The notes below the pieces were generated by a model. The model did no database searches, was not told the DNA's origin, and was given only the letters and a program-made list of their open reading frames with translations. Made by a program: the position numbers and the translations under genes. A stretch of 64,000 nt of DNA, from contig UQCF01000010.1 of NCBI GenBank assembly GCA_900539465.1, positions 20,515-84,514 of the forward strand, read 5' to 3'. This document shows, piece after piece, positions 20,631 to 30,014 of this stretch (the first letter of the stretch is position 1; each line of letters starts with the position of its first letter). This stretch comes from an uncultured Ruminococcus sp. (GTDB lineage Bacteria > Bacillota > Clostridia > Oscillospirales > Acutalibacteraceae).

Positions 20631-22398
20631 TCTCGTTTCCCTTCAATTTTTCCATACGTTTTTTAGCTTTTTTATAATATTCTTTTGCGTAGCGATACTG
20701 CAAAAGAGAATATTCGCCGAACTCAACGCCGAGATTTCTTTTATATTCGCACCAGTTGCTCCAAAGAAGTCCGCAGCAGGCAACATAGCAATAGATTTTT
20801 ATTCTGTTCTCTTCACTGCACGCTCCTTCAAAATATATGTCTATAAGCTTATCAAGCTGTTCTTTATTGTAACCCGTATAAATAGCAAACATGGCTATAT
20901 CAACGTGTGGGTCCTGCATACCTGCATATTCCCAGTCTATAAGCTTTACGAATTTTTTGTCTGCGTCCTTATAAATCAGAAAGTTATCGGGTACGGCGTC
21001 TATATGCGTCAGCACTTTTTCGTTTGCGTGTGAATCAATGTATTCTTTTAAAGACAAAACATTGTTTTTGGTAGTTTTGTAATCAATAAATACAGAATCC
21101 TTACCCTGCCAAAGACTCTCATAAAATTCTATCTGACCGAATATATCAAACGTATGACTAACCTTCAGCTTTTTGGAATGAAACTGTTTTAAAAACATCA
21201 TTGCCTCTTTAACGTCGTTTTCGTCAAACGGGTTGCATACGCTCGTATTATCTATAAACTCCGTTATTTTATAGCCGGTTTTAGGGTCAATATAAATAAC
21301 ATTGTCGCATATTCCCGTTTTGTTTATCACACTGTAAACGGCGGCTTCGTTTTCTCTGTTAATTAAAAACTCAGTACCCTCGCCCGGCACGCGCATAATA
21401 TATTTTTTCCCTTTGCAAACAAAGGTGAATGATCTGTTTGTCATTCCTTTTTTTTGAACCGCAATATCTGTAATATCTTTTGATGCGGCATCAAACACCC
21501 TGCATATCAGCTCAATTGCCTTCGTTTTAAGATGGGCGGAATCTTCATCAAGATCTCTGAGCTGCTCATAAGTGTTTATTTCGGCTATGTCAAAGCGGCT
21601 CATCACCTTGGCATAGATATTCATTTTGTTTTTATTTGTCAGCGTTTCCTCCCAAAACAAATCATTGTTTGAATTGTCAAGGCAAAGCGTATCCGCTTTT
21701 TGACGAACGCTTTTTGATTTTTCTGAATTAAGATAGCAAATGCCTATCATTTTATATTGTTTTTTGCCGTTATTGTCCAAAACAATTTCGCCGTTTCTGC
21801 CTATCTCTACCCCGTATTTCCCGTCTCTTTCATCGCTGAGCATATACCATGAGTAAAGCTCATGTTCGTTGTAAGGGTTTTTTTCGCACCTTATATCGCA
21901 GGGTATTATATACGCATTTTCCAAATAATCGGCAGCGCATTTTAAAGAATAGAGATTATTTTTTTCGGCATAATCTTTATTGTAAATCAGCTTTACGTTA
22001 TATTTATCGATAAGGTACTCAAACTTTTCTTTCATATAACCGACAACGATGTATATTTCGTTAATTCCGGCAAAGTGAAGCTGTTTTAATGTTCGCTCAA
22101 TCAGTTTTTCGCCGTGAGCCTCCAAAAGTCCTTTAGGCGTGTCGGTGTTTATCGGAGCCATGCGCGTGCCGTAACCCGCGGCAAGAATGACCGCTCTTTG
22201 CGGCTTGTTTTGACATAACAAACGCTTTGCCTTGGAGGTAATTTCAAATTTCGAGTCAATCATCTGCTCTGCTTCCAGCGTTTTCAGTGCCTTGTTTGCA
22301 GAGCCGAGAGAACACCCTGCCGCCTCCGCAAGCTCACGCTGATTTGCAAAACCGCCTCGGTATAAGGCGACAAGTATGTCACATTCGATTTTGTTCAT
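20623..22398 (-). CDS. Three-domain fusion: N-terminal winged-helix, LicC-like nucleotidyltransferase, C-terminal choline kinase (LicA-like)
   Basis: HTH ILVALYRGGFANQRELAEAAG, then AVILAAGYGTRMAPINTDTPKGL, then kinase-like C-terminus with LIDWEYAGMQDPHVDIAMF (Brenner/APH motif). Start at ATG 22398 with GGAG RBS. Confidence 0.7.
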   Translation of the reverse strand: MNKIECDILVALYRGGFANQRELAEAAGCSLGSANKALKTLEAEQMIDSKFEITSKAKRLLCQNKPQRAVILAAGYGTRMAPINTDTPKGLLEAHGEKLIERTLKQLHFAGINEIYIVVGYMKEKFEYLIDKYNVKLIYNKDYAEKNNLYSLKCAADYLENAYIIPCDIRCEKNPYNEHELYSWYMLSDERDGKYGVEIGRNGEIVLDNNGKKQYKMIGICYLNSEKSKSVRQKADTLCLDNSNNDLFWEETLTNKNKMNIYAKVMSRFDIAEINTYEQLRDLDEDSAHLKTKAIELICRVFDAASKDITDIAVQKKGMTNRSFTFVCKGKKYIMRVPGEGTEFLINRENEAAVYSVINKTGICDNVIYIDPKTGYKITEFIDNTSVCNPFDENDVKEAMMFLKQFHSKKLKVSHTFDIFGQIEFYESLWQGKDSVFIDYKTTKNNVLSLKEYIDSHANEKVLTHIDAVPDNFLIYKDADKKFVKLIDWEYAGMQDPHVDIAMFAIYTGYNKEQLDKLIDIYFEGACSEENRIKIYCYVACCGLLWSNWCEYKRNLGVEFGEYSLLQYRYAKEYYKKAKKRMEKLKGNENE

Positions 22399-22510
22399 AA
22401 GTTTCGCTCCATTCAATTTCGTGAACAAGATAATTATATTATACCTAAATAAAATAATATGTCAAGAAAAAAATCCGCGACAAACATCGCAGATTTTTGA
22501 GAAAATAATC

Positions 22511-23212
22511 TTATAGAATTTTACCGTCGGTAGAGATAACGTGCACCTGCCACGGAATAAACTTGCCGCTGTTTTGAAGTGCGGTTTTGGCGGCGTGCTC
22601 AATACCGGAGCAGCACGGCACCTCCATCCTGACTATGGTAAGGCTTTTTATATTGTTATTTCGGATTATTTCGGTGAGCTTTTCGGTGTAATCGACATCG
22701 TCAAGCTTTGGACAGCCGATAAGAGTTATTCGGTTTTTGATAAATTCGTTATGAAAATCACCGTAGGCATATGCCGTACAGTCCGCAGCAATCAAAAGAT
22801 CCGCGCCGTCAAAATAAGGTGCATTTATCGGCACAAGCTTTATTTGAACGGGCCACTGTGAAAGACGGCTCTGCGTTTTAACGGCAAATTCGGGAATTTT
22901 ATCCTCTCCCCTTTTAATTTGCTTTGACTGCATACCGGGGCATCCGCAGGGCAACGGCTCGCTCTGTGCTCTCTTTTTAGCCTGAGCGGCTTTAACCGCC
23001 GCCTCATCATATGCAGGTGCTTCGCGGTTTTCAAAGCTTATTGCGCCCGTGGGGCAAGCAGGCAGGCAATCGCCGAGGCCGTCGCAATAATCCTCTCTCA
23101 TAAGCTTTGCCTTGCCGTTCACCATGCCGATTGCGCCCTCGTGGCAAGCTTTGGCGCAAAGTCCGCAGCCGTTGCATTTATCTTCGTCTATTTTAATTAT
23201 TTTTCTTATCAT
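22511..23212 (-). CDS. 4Fe-4S dicluster domain protein with a Cys-rich C-terminal domain of unknown function
   Basis: CNGCGLCAKAC and CDGLGDCLPACP ferredoxin motifs, plus further Cys pairs (CGCPG, CCSG). Start at ATG 23212 with GGAGGA RBS. Confidence 0.6.
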   Translation of the reverse strand: MIRKIIKIDEDKCNGCGLCAKACHEGAIGMVNGKAKLMREDYCDGLGDCLPACPTGAISFENREAPAYDEAAVKAAQAKKRAQSEPLPCGCPGMQSKQIKRGEDKIPEFAVKTQSRLSQWPVQIKLVPINAPYFDGADLLIAADCTAYAYGDFHNEFIKNRITLIGCPKLDDVDYTEKLTEIIRNNNIKSLTIVRMEVPCCSGIEHAAKTALQNSGKFIPWQVHVISTDGKIL

Positions 23213-23316
23213 AATATTATCCTCCGAATTTTTTTGCAAAGATTGATTTGCTGAGCCGATTATATTATAATATAAAAAATTATTATGTTGTAATTACAAC
23301 GAAAGAAGAAATTTTT

Positions 23317-23964
23317 ATGAATACCGAATTCCAAAAGCTTCCGTTTTTTGGTGGATTATCAAAACAAAACGCAGATGAACTGATGCTCAAAGCAAATATA
23401 TTTGAAAAAGAATATCAAAAAGATGAAATAATTATTTTGGCAGATGACGACGTGCCGAATTTCGGCATAGTCATCTCGGGCGAAATATATATAGAAAAAG
23501 ATGATATAGACGGCAACACCGCGATAGTGAGCTGCATAAAGAAATACGGTGTTTTTGCCGAGGCTTTTGCTTGCTCGGGGCATAAGGCAACGGTCAATGT
23601 GCGGGCAGGCGGCAATTGCCGAATATTATGGATAAATTATAGCTCTCTTTTAAACGACAATATATCGTCCGGCTGCAAGGGTGCGGTGCTGTCGCGTCTT
23701 TTAAAATCCTCAAATGAAAAAAATATATTTTTAACCGGCAGAATTGAGCACCTGACAAAGCACACGTTAAGAGAAAAGGTGCTGTCATATCTCACAAGCC
23801 GTTCGGCAATGTTAAAGTCAAAGACCTTTACCGTTCCGTTTGACAGAAAGGCAATGGCCGACTATCTCGGTGCGGATCGCAGTGCGCTATCCGCCGTTCT
23901 TTGCAAAATGCGCGACAGCGGAGAAATCGAGTTCCATAAAAACCAATTTACTCTGCACATATAA
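23317..23964 (+). CDS. Crp/Fnr family transcriptional regulator
   Basis: cNMP-binding-like beta-roll followed by C-terminal HTH (RKAMADYLGADRSALSAVLCKMRDSGEIEF). Confidence 0.7.
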   Translation: MNTEFQKLPFFGGLSKQNADELMLKANIFEKEYQKDEIIILADDDVPNFGIVISGEIYIEKDDIDGNTAIVSCIKKYGVFAEAFACSGHKATVNVRAGGNCRILWINYSSLLNDNISSGCKGAVLSRLLKSSNEKNIFLTGRIEHLTKHTLREKVLSYLTSRSAMLKSKTFTVPFDRKAMADYLGADRSALSAVLCKMRDSGEIEFHKNQFTLHI

Positions 23965-23968
23965 AAAA

Positions 23969-24003
23969 CAACCGCGAAGATGCCCAAAGGCACAATCGCG
24001 GTT
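23969..24003. terminator. Bidirectional terminator between convergent crp-like and rhaD genes
   Basis: 8-bp stem AACCGCGA/TCGCGGTT with an inner TGCC/GGCA helix, flanked by A-run and T-run. Confidence 0.5.
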
Positions 24004-24010
24004 TAGTATT

Positions 24011-24829
24011 TTAAAGGAGATTTTCTGCCAATTTTCCGCCGTAAGCTTCCGCTACATCCGCAAGCTTATCTTCGGGGATTGTCTGGAGCATCGGAAGACC
24101 CGTGCTGAGCATTGTGACATATATCTCTGCCGATTTTTCTATTGTGTGCATAAGACCGAAAGCCGAGTCAAAATCGTTGCCCATAACAAAAAGTCCGTGA
24201 TGAGCCCAAACAACTGCGTCGTATTTTTTCATAAGCTCACTGGTTTTAAGGGCAATTTCGGCTCCGCCGGGAATCATCCATTCAACAACGCCGACGCCCT
24301 TGGGGAAAACAACCGGGCACTCGGTCATGCTCTGCCAAAGAACTTTTGAGAAAGCCGAATCGGTAAGAGGCAAAACAAATGTAAGAGCAATAATATTTGT
24401 GGGGTGCGCATGATAAATTACTCTTGCTTCGCCGTTTGTCTCTGCCGTTTTAACACTGTGATTGAGGAAGTGGCTCGGAAACTCGCTTGTAGGTCCGCCG
24501 CCCTTTGTAAGCCCCCATACTATTCTGTAGCTGTCGCCCTTGTCGTTAATCTCTACAATGCAAAGGTTCTCTTCCGGGGCAAGGCTCATGTTTCTGAAAT
24601 ATTTGCCCGTGCCGGTTGACATAAAATATTCGCCTGCAAGGTTATCTGCCTGAACGCCCATGTTCACCCAAGGTCTGTCATATGTAAAATACGGTTTGCA
24701 CTCTTCGACCTCTTCTTTTCTCATGCGGTATGTAAGATTGCCGCCGTTGCGCTCGTGCCAGCCCTGACGCCAGCCATCGTCGCAAAGTCTTACAAATCCT
24801 TTTAATACATTACTTTCTAAAATACCCAT
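24011..24829 (-). CDS. rhaD: Rhamnulose-1-phosphate aldolase (class II aldolase)
   Basis: Aligns with E. coli RhaD along its length: WHERNGGNL, GTGKYFRN, IVWGLTKGGGPTSEFPSHF, HAHPTNIIALT. Start at ATG 24829 with GAGGTG RBS. Confidence 0.8.
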   Translation of the reverse strand: MGILESNVLKGFVRLCDDGWRQGWHERNGGNLTYRMRKEEVEECKPYFTYDRPWVNMGVQADNLAGEYFMSTGTGKYFRNMSLAPEENLCIVEINDKGDSYRIVWGLTKGGGPTSEFPSHFLNHSVKTAETNGEARVIYHAHPTNIIALTFVLPLTDSAFSKVLWQSMTECPVVFPKGVGVVEWMIPGGAEIALKTSELMKKYDAVVWAHHGLFVMGNDFDSAFGLMHTIEKSAEIYVTMLSTGLPMLQTIPEDKLADVAEAYGGKLAENLL

Positions 24830-24884
24830 TTTTACACCTCTTGATTTTTTAAGACCGCCGTATTTTGACACAGCGGTCTGTTAA

Positions 24885-25409
24885 TTACATCTTTGCGTAG
24901 TTTTCAAGGTAGCCGTCAAGGTCAACCTTGAGCACGTTGTTTATAAGATTTGTAGCTATCATAAGACCTGCAAAAGCAGTGAGAGTTACAATCTGCTCAT
25001 CTGTAAAGAACTTTTTAAGCTCTGAAAACATCTCGTCCGAAATCTCGTTAGGATAATCTACACAAGCTCTGCCGAACTCGCAAAGAAGAACCTCTTTTTC
25101 ACTCAAATCGCTGCCGTTCGGGTCTTTGCCGCCGTCAACAAGAATTTTTTTAAAAAAGTTTGAGCATATAAGACAGCTGTTCTCTGATGAAATTGCATAA
25201 GAGAAAATATTTATGCTGAAATCGTCAAGAAAAAGAGCAAGCTCATCTCTGAGAGTGTACCATTCCATCAAAGCTTTGAAAGACGGTATATTGTTGAGAA
25301 GAGTTTTCTTCATATTTGTGATTCTGCCGTGTTTTGCTATCTGGTCGTCATACTCTTTTTTTGCCTGCGGTGAAGCGGTTTCATATTCAACCATCGGTAT
25401 TCTTGCCAT
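24885..25409 (-). CDS. Carboxymuconolactone decarboxylase (AhpD-like) family protein
   Basis: 174 aa. This is a family-level impression only; the CxxxH motif was not located. Confidence 0.5.
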   Translation of the reverse strand: MARIPMVEYETASPQAKKEYDDQIAKHGRITNMKKTLLNNIPSFKALMEWYTLRDELALFLDDFSINIFSYAISSENSCLICSNFFKKILVDGGKDPNGSDLSEKEVLLCEFGRACVDYPNEISDEMFSELKKFFTDEQIVTLTAFAGLMIATNLINNVLKVDLDGYLENYAKM

Positions 25410-25453
25410 AGGTATATCTCCTTTTAAAAATATACCTATATTTTATTACCTGT

Positions 25454-26569
25454 TCACTGCAAAGTCAAGATATTTGCACTGCTATTTGCGCCGAAGATAT
25501 GAAGTTTTTCTGTTTTTAGTGCAAGTCTCACTTTTTGCCCCGAAGCATACACTTTGTCTGATGCAATTCTTGCGATAAGCTTTGTTGAATAATAATCTAA
25601 ATAAAGATAAGTTTCACTGCCCATAGGCTCGCTGACCTCAACGGCCGCTTCAATAAAGCAGCTGCCGTTTTGGCGTATATATTCTTCGTCATCCGTTAAA
25701 TCTTCGGGTCTTATGCCGAGTATAAGCTCCTCATCTTTCATTGCCGAAAGAGCCGCTGACTGTGCCTCGTTTTTTACACTTATTTCGGCGTCATGCAAAA
25801 CAAGACTCACTCCGTCTGAAGCACACTTTGCCCTGCATGGAATAAAATTCATACGCGGAGAGCCGATAAATCCCGCCACAAAAGTATTGCAGGGATTGCA
25901 GTAAAGATTGTGTGGAGTATCCATCTGCTGAACTATGCCGTCTTTCATAACAACGATTCTGTCGCCCATCGTCATAGCTTCGGTCTGATCATGCGTGACA
26001 TAGACAAAGGTTGTTTCAAGCTTTTTATGGAGCTTGATTATTTCTGTACGCATGGTTGTACGAAGCTTTGCATCAAGATTTGAGAGCGGCTCGTCAAGCA
26101 AAAACACATCCGGCGAGCGCACCATTGCTCTGCCGAGGGCAACTCTTTGGCGCTGACCGCCCGAGAGTGCTTTTGGCTTTCTTTTTAAAAGATGCTCAAT
26201 ATCAAGCACCTTTGCCGCCTCTCTGACTCTCTTGTCTATTTCACTCTTGGGAACTTTGCGAAGCTCCAGCCCGAATGCCATATTTTTATAAACCGTCATA
26301 TGAGGATAAAGAGCATAGCTTTGAAATACCATTGCAATATTTCTGTCTTTGGGGGCAACATCGTTTACCACCCTGTCCCCTATTTTAAGCTCGCCTTTTG
26401 AAATCGGCTCAAGCCCCGCTATCATTCTGAGCGTTGTGGATTTGCCGCAGCCTGAGGGTCCGACAAGTATAACAAATTCTTTGTTTTCAATCGTAAGATT
26501 GACGTCGTTCACGGCTACCGTTCCGTCGGGGTAAACCTTTGAAATATTTTTAAGAGAAATACTTGACAT
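25454..26569 (-). CDS. Carbohydrate ABC importer ATP-binding protein (MalK/UgpC type with C-terminal TOBE domain)
   Basis: GPSGCGKSTTLR, LSGGQRQRVALGRA and FLLDEPLSNLD, plus a transport-associated OB-fold C-terminal domain. Confidence 0.85.
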   Translation of the reverse strand: MSSISLKNISKVYPDGTVAVNDVNLTIENKEFVILVGPSGCGKSTTLRMIAGLEPISKGELKIGDRVVNDVAPKDRNIAMVFQSYALYPHMTVYKNMAFGLELRKVPKSEIDKRVREAAKVLDIEHLLKRKPKALSGGQRQRVALGRAMVRSPDVFLLDEPLSNLDAKLRTTMRTEIIKLHKKLETTFVYVTHDQTEAMTMGDRIVVMKDGIVQQMDTPHNLYCNPCNTFVAGFIGSPRMNFIPCRAKCASDGVSLVLHDAEISVKNEAQSAALSAMKDEELILGIRPEDLTDDEEYIRQNGSCFIEAAVEVSEPMGSETYLYLDYYSTKLIARIASDKVYASGQKVRLALKTEKLHIFGANSSANILTLQ

Positions 26570-26575
26570 ATTTTA

Positions 26576-27412
26576 TTATCCTTTCACCGCTCCGGCAACT
26601 ACGCCTTTTATAATATATTTTTGAGAAAAAAGATAAAATATAACTATCGGCACTATTGCCAAAACGAGCATTGCCATCATAGCGCCCATATCGACAGAAC
26701 CGTATCCGCCTTTCAGATACTGTATTGCTATCGGCACGGTTTTGTACTCACTGCCTATTACAAGATATGGCAGCAGATAGTCGTTCCAAACCCACATCGC
26801 ATTTAAAATGGCAACGGTTATTGCCGTCGGCTTTAAGATGGGAAAAACCACCCTAAAATAAGTCTGCAAAGGTCCGCAGCCGTCTATCATGGCGGCTTCT
26901 TCTATTTCAAGCGGAATAGATTTTACAAATCCGCTGAACATAAACACCGAAAGTCCCGCACCGAAGCCGAGATATATAAAAACAATGCCGACGGGGTTAT
27001 CGAGGTGCAGCGTGTTAGCCGTTTTTGTGAGAGTGAACATAACCATCTGAAACGGTACAATCATAGAAAAGACAAACGCATAATAAAGCGCCGATGTGAA
27101 TTTACTCTTTTGCCGCGTTATATACCACGCTGTCATAGAGGTAAAAAGCACTATCGCGGCAACCGAAAACACCGTAATAAAAACCGACCAGCCGAAAGCT
27201 TTAAAAAATCCGGTTTTTGCCACGCCCTCGGTGTAGTTTAAAATGCCTTCAAAGGTTTCGCTGTCAGGCAGCTTAAACGGCTCGCCGCTTATATAAAATT
27301 TGCTTTTAAACGAATTCATCAACACTATCGCTATCGGCGCGACAAATATCAAAGCCGCCGCCGTAAGCAATATATATGATAAAATATTAAAAACAATGTT
27401 TCTTTTTTGCAT
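26576..27412 (-). CDS. Carbohydrate ABC transporter permease (MalG-like)
   Basis: Six TM helices and an EAA-type loop (IEEAAMIDGCGPLQTYFRVVFP). Confidence 0.8.
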   Translation of the reverse strand: MQKRNIVFNILSYILLTAAALIFVAPIAIVLMNSFKSKFYISGEPFKLPDSETFEGILNYTEGVAKTGFFKAFGWSVFITVFSVAAIVLFTSMTAWYITRQKSKFTSALYYAFVFSMIVPFQMVMFTLTKTANTLHLDNPVGIVFIYLGFGAGLSVFMFSGFVKSIPLEIEEAAMIDGCGPLQTYFRVVFPILKPTAITVAILNAMWVWNDYLLPYLVIGSEYKTVPIAIQYLKGGYGSVDMGAMMAMLVLAIVPIVIFYLFSQKYIIKGVVAGAVKG

Positions 27413-28248
27413 TATTGTTCCACCTCTTTTTTTCTTGTCACCGCAAGCTGAATAAATGCTATAACGGCAACTAACAAAAAGAAGATAACCGCTTTTGCCT
27501 GGCCTACACCCTCCCAGCCGACTTTGCCGTAAAACGTGTTATAAATATCAAGCGCGAGCATCGCGGTTTTTTTAGACGGGGCGCCCGCCGTCAGAGCAAG
27601 GTTTTGGTCAAAAAGCTTAAACGAATTTGTTATTGTCAAAAACATACATATCGTAACGCTCGGCATAACAAGAGGAATTGTAACGTTTTTTAAGGTCTGC
27701 CATGCGCCCGCGCCGTCCACCTTTGCCGCATCCTGAAGCTCTGACGGAACATTTTGTATTCCTGCAATATAAACCACCATCATATACCCAATAAGTTGCC
27801 AGTTCATAAGAACCACAAGACCCCAAAAGCCGTATTTGGGGTCATAGGTTATGGTAACTCCCCAAAATTGCAAAATGCCGTTTATTATAAGCTGCCAGAT
27901 GTAACCGAGAACTATGCCGCCTATAAGATTCGGCATAAAGAACACCGTTCTGAAAACATTTGTGCCTTTAAGCCCTTTGGTTAAAAGGCTCGCCAAGGCG
28001 AACGCAATAACATTTACGCTTATAACAGACACGACGGCGAACTTAACCGTGAACCACAAAGCATTTTTAAAATCGTCATTTGAAAACGCCTTTATATAAT
28101 TTTGTATGCCGACCCACTGCGCGTCTATTATTGTTGTAAACTCGGTAAAAGAAAGCGTTATACCGAGAACGAACGGAATGACAAACGCTATGAGAAAAGC
28201 CGCAAGAGTCGGCAGGACAAATATAGGAAAGTATTTTTTCAGCTGCAT
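27412..28248 (-). CDS. Carbohydrate ABC transporter permease (MalF/UgpA-like)
   Basis: Six TM helices and EAA-type loop LQDAAKVDGAGAWQTLKNVTIPL. Confidence 0.8.
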   Translation of the reverse strand: MQLKKYFPIFVLPTLAAFLIAFVIPFVLGITLSFTEFTTIIDAQWVGIQNYIKAFSNDDFKNALWFTVKFAVVSVISVNVIAFALASLLTKGLKGTNVFRTVFFMPNLIGGIVLGYIWQLIINGILQFWGVTITYDPKYGFWGLVVLMNWQLIGYMMVVYIAGIQNVPSELQDAAKVDGAGAWQTLKNVTIPLVMPSVTICMFLTITNSFKLFDQNLALTAGAPSKKTAMLALDIYNTFYGKVGWEGVGQAKAVIFFLLVAVIAFIQLAVTRKKEVEQ

Positions 28249-28268
28249 AAATTCACCGCCAAATTTTG

Positions 28269-29624
28269 TTATGCTCTCTCACTTTTCCATGAGTCAATAA
28301 CGGTTTTCTTCACATAATCCCAATCTTTTGTGCCCTGAACATACTCAAGGAGCGCGTCACTGAAAGCGGATTTAAAATCCTGACTCGGGAATGAATTGAA
28401 AGTCCAGTCAATCGTCCGGACATCGCGGTTCATCCAATCTATAACCTCTCTCGCAAGCGGATCGGATGGTTTTTCATCATCTGCAAAGGTGTTAAAAGGC
28501 GTTATAAATTCGAGTTTTTCGGTAACATATTTTTTGCCCGTGTCGCTTGAGAAAAGCCATTCAAGGAATTTGAGCGACGCCTCTTGTTTTTCTTTTGATA
28601 CCTTTGAATTGATAGCAAGATAGTTTTCCGTACCTATGCAAAGCCCCTGATTTTCTTCGCCGTCAACGCCTGTATAAAGCGGCAAATATTTAATATTATC
28701 CTCTTTAACCTTGTTGCCGGAAACATTTTTTATCTGCGACCATGCCCAGTTGCCGTTTTGAACCATTGCCGCCTTGCCGAGTGCAAATTCCGACATTGAA
28801 TCTTCAACCGATTTGCTGCCGAGAACGCCCTTTTCGCTGACGGAATTATCGGTGTACAAATCAAAGAGGTTTTTATATTTATCCGCATAGGTGAATTTAA
28901 TTTCTTTGGCGTTATAAGCCGTCGCTATTGCGCTCGCCGATTTGTCAAGGTCTTTCATCTCGTAATAAATCGGCACGCTCGCAAGGTGCGATTCCCAGCG
29001 CCAAGCCTCTCCGCCTGCCATTGATGTTGAGGCAAAAACTCCGTCGATACCGAGCTCAGATTTGTGCTTTGTCATATCCTGCACAACGGCTTTTAAAAGA
29101 GAAAAGTTTTTTATCTCTTGTGCAGAGGTGATACTGACAGCCTTGTCTTTGAGGGCAAAATATTTTTCCATTATTTCGTTGTTGTATATTATTCCGAAGC
29201 CCTCAACAACATAAGGAATACCGTAAATTCCGTCGCCGTCTTTTATTACCATATCCTTATCCAAAAGATAGGAATAAATCTTGGTATCTTTAAGGTCAAG
29301 ACAGTAGTTTTTCCACGCGGTGTAGCCCACCATGCCGTTAATTTGAAAAATTGTAGGCGCGTCGGTCTTGGCAATCTCAGATTTAAGTGTAGTTTCATAA
29401 GAATCGCTCGCCGCCGTCACGACTTTAACCTTAACGCCTGTTTCTTTTTCATAGGCGGTGGCTATTTCTTTATATATATCCGCAATTTCGGGTTTAAAAT
29501 TGAGATAATATATCTCGAGTGCGTCTTTGCCGCCGGACGCGTTTGAATCATCGTTTTTCTTGCCGCATGACGTCAGCATAAATATCATTACGGCAGACAA
29601 AATCAACGCAATAATTTTTTTCAT
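28269..29624 (-). CDS. Extracellular solute-binding lipoprotein (carbohydrate ABC importer)
   Basis: Signal peptide with lipobox LTSCG; family 1 solute-binding fold. Start at ATG 29624 with GGAGGA RBS. Confidence 0.75.
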   Translation of the reverse strand: MKKIIALILSAVMIFMLTSCGKKNDDSNASGGKDALEIYYLNFKPEIADIYKEIATAYEKETGVKVKVVTAASDSYETTLKSEIAKTDAPTIFQINGMVGYTAWKNYCLDLKDTKIYSYLLDKDMVIKDGDGIYGIPYVVEGFGIIYNNEIMEKYFALKDKAVSITSAQEIKNFSLLKAVVQDMTKHKSELGIDGVFASTSMAGGEAWRWESHLASVPIYYEMKDLDKSASAIATAYNAKEIKFTYADKYKNLFDLYTDNSVSEKGVLGSKSVEDSMSEFALGKAAMVQNGNWAWSQIKNVSGNKVKEDNIKYLPLYTGVDGEENQGLCIGTENYLAINSKVSKEKQEASLKFLEWLFSSDTGKKYVTEKLEFITPFNTFADDEKPSDPLAREVIDWMNRDVRTIDWTFNSFPSQDFKSAFSDALLEYVQGTKDWDYVKKTVIDSWKSERA

Positions 29625-29713
29625 ACTCGTTCCTCCGTTAATGAGCAATATTTGCATTTGCATATTTATTCTGCTATAATATTGCCGAAATATACAGTTA
29701 AGGAGTTCAAATT

Positions 29714-30001
29714 ATGATTAAGCACATAGTTTTTTGGAATATACGAAACGATGAAAACAAAGAAAACAATATGAAAGAAATGCGTAAAAAGCTCACTTCG
29801 CTTGTCGGCGTTGTTCCCGGGCTTATAAGCGCAGAGGTAGGATTCAACTATAACCCTAAGGGATATGACGTTGCGCTTTATTCTGTATTTGAAAGCAAAG
29901 AGGCACTCGACGGCTATCAAGTTCACCCCGAGCATCTGAAAGTCAAAGAGTTTGTTCACTCGGTTATAACAGAGCGTGCCTGCGCCGACTACGAAATATA
30001 A
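29714..30001 (+). CDS. Dabb (stress-responsive dimeric alpha/beta-barrel) family protein
   Basis: 95 aa, MIKHIVFWNI..ISAEVGFNYNPKGYDVALYSVFESKEALDGYQVHPEH. AAGGAG RBS present. Confidence 0.65.
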   Translation: MIKHIVFWNIRNDENKENNMKEMRKKLTSLVGVVPGLISAEVGFNYNPKGYDVALYSVFESKEALDGYQVHPEHLKVKEFVHSVITERACADYEI

Positions 30002-30014
30002 AAGGGAAAGCAAA

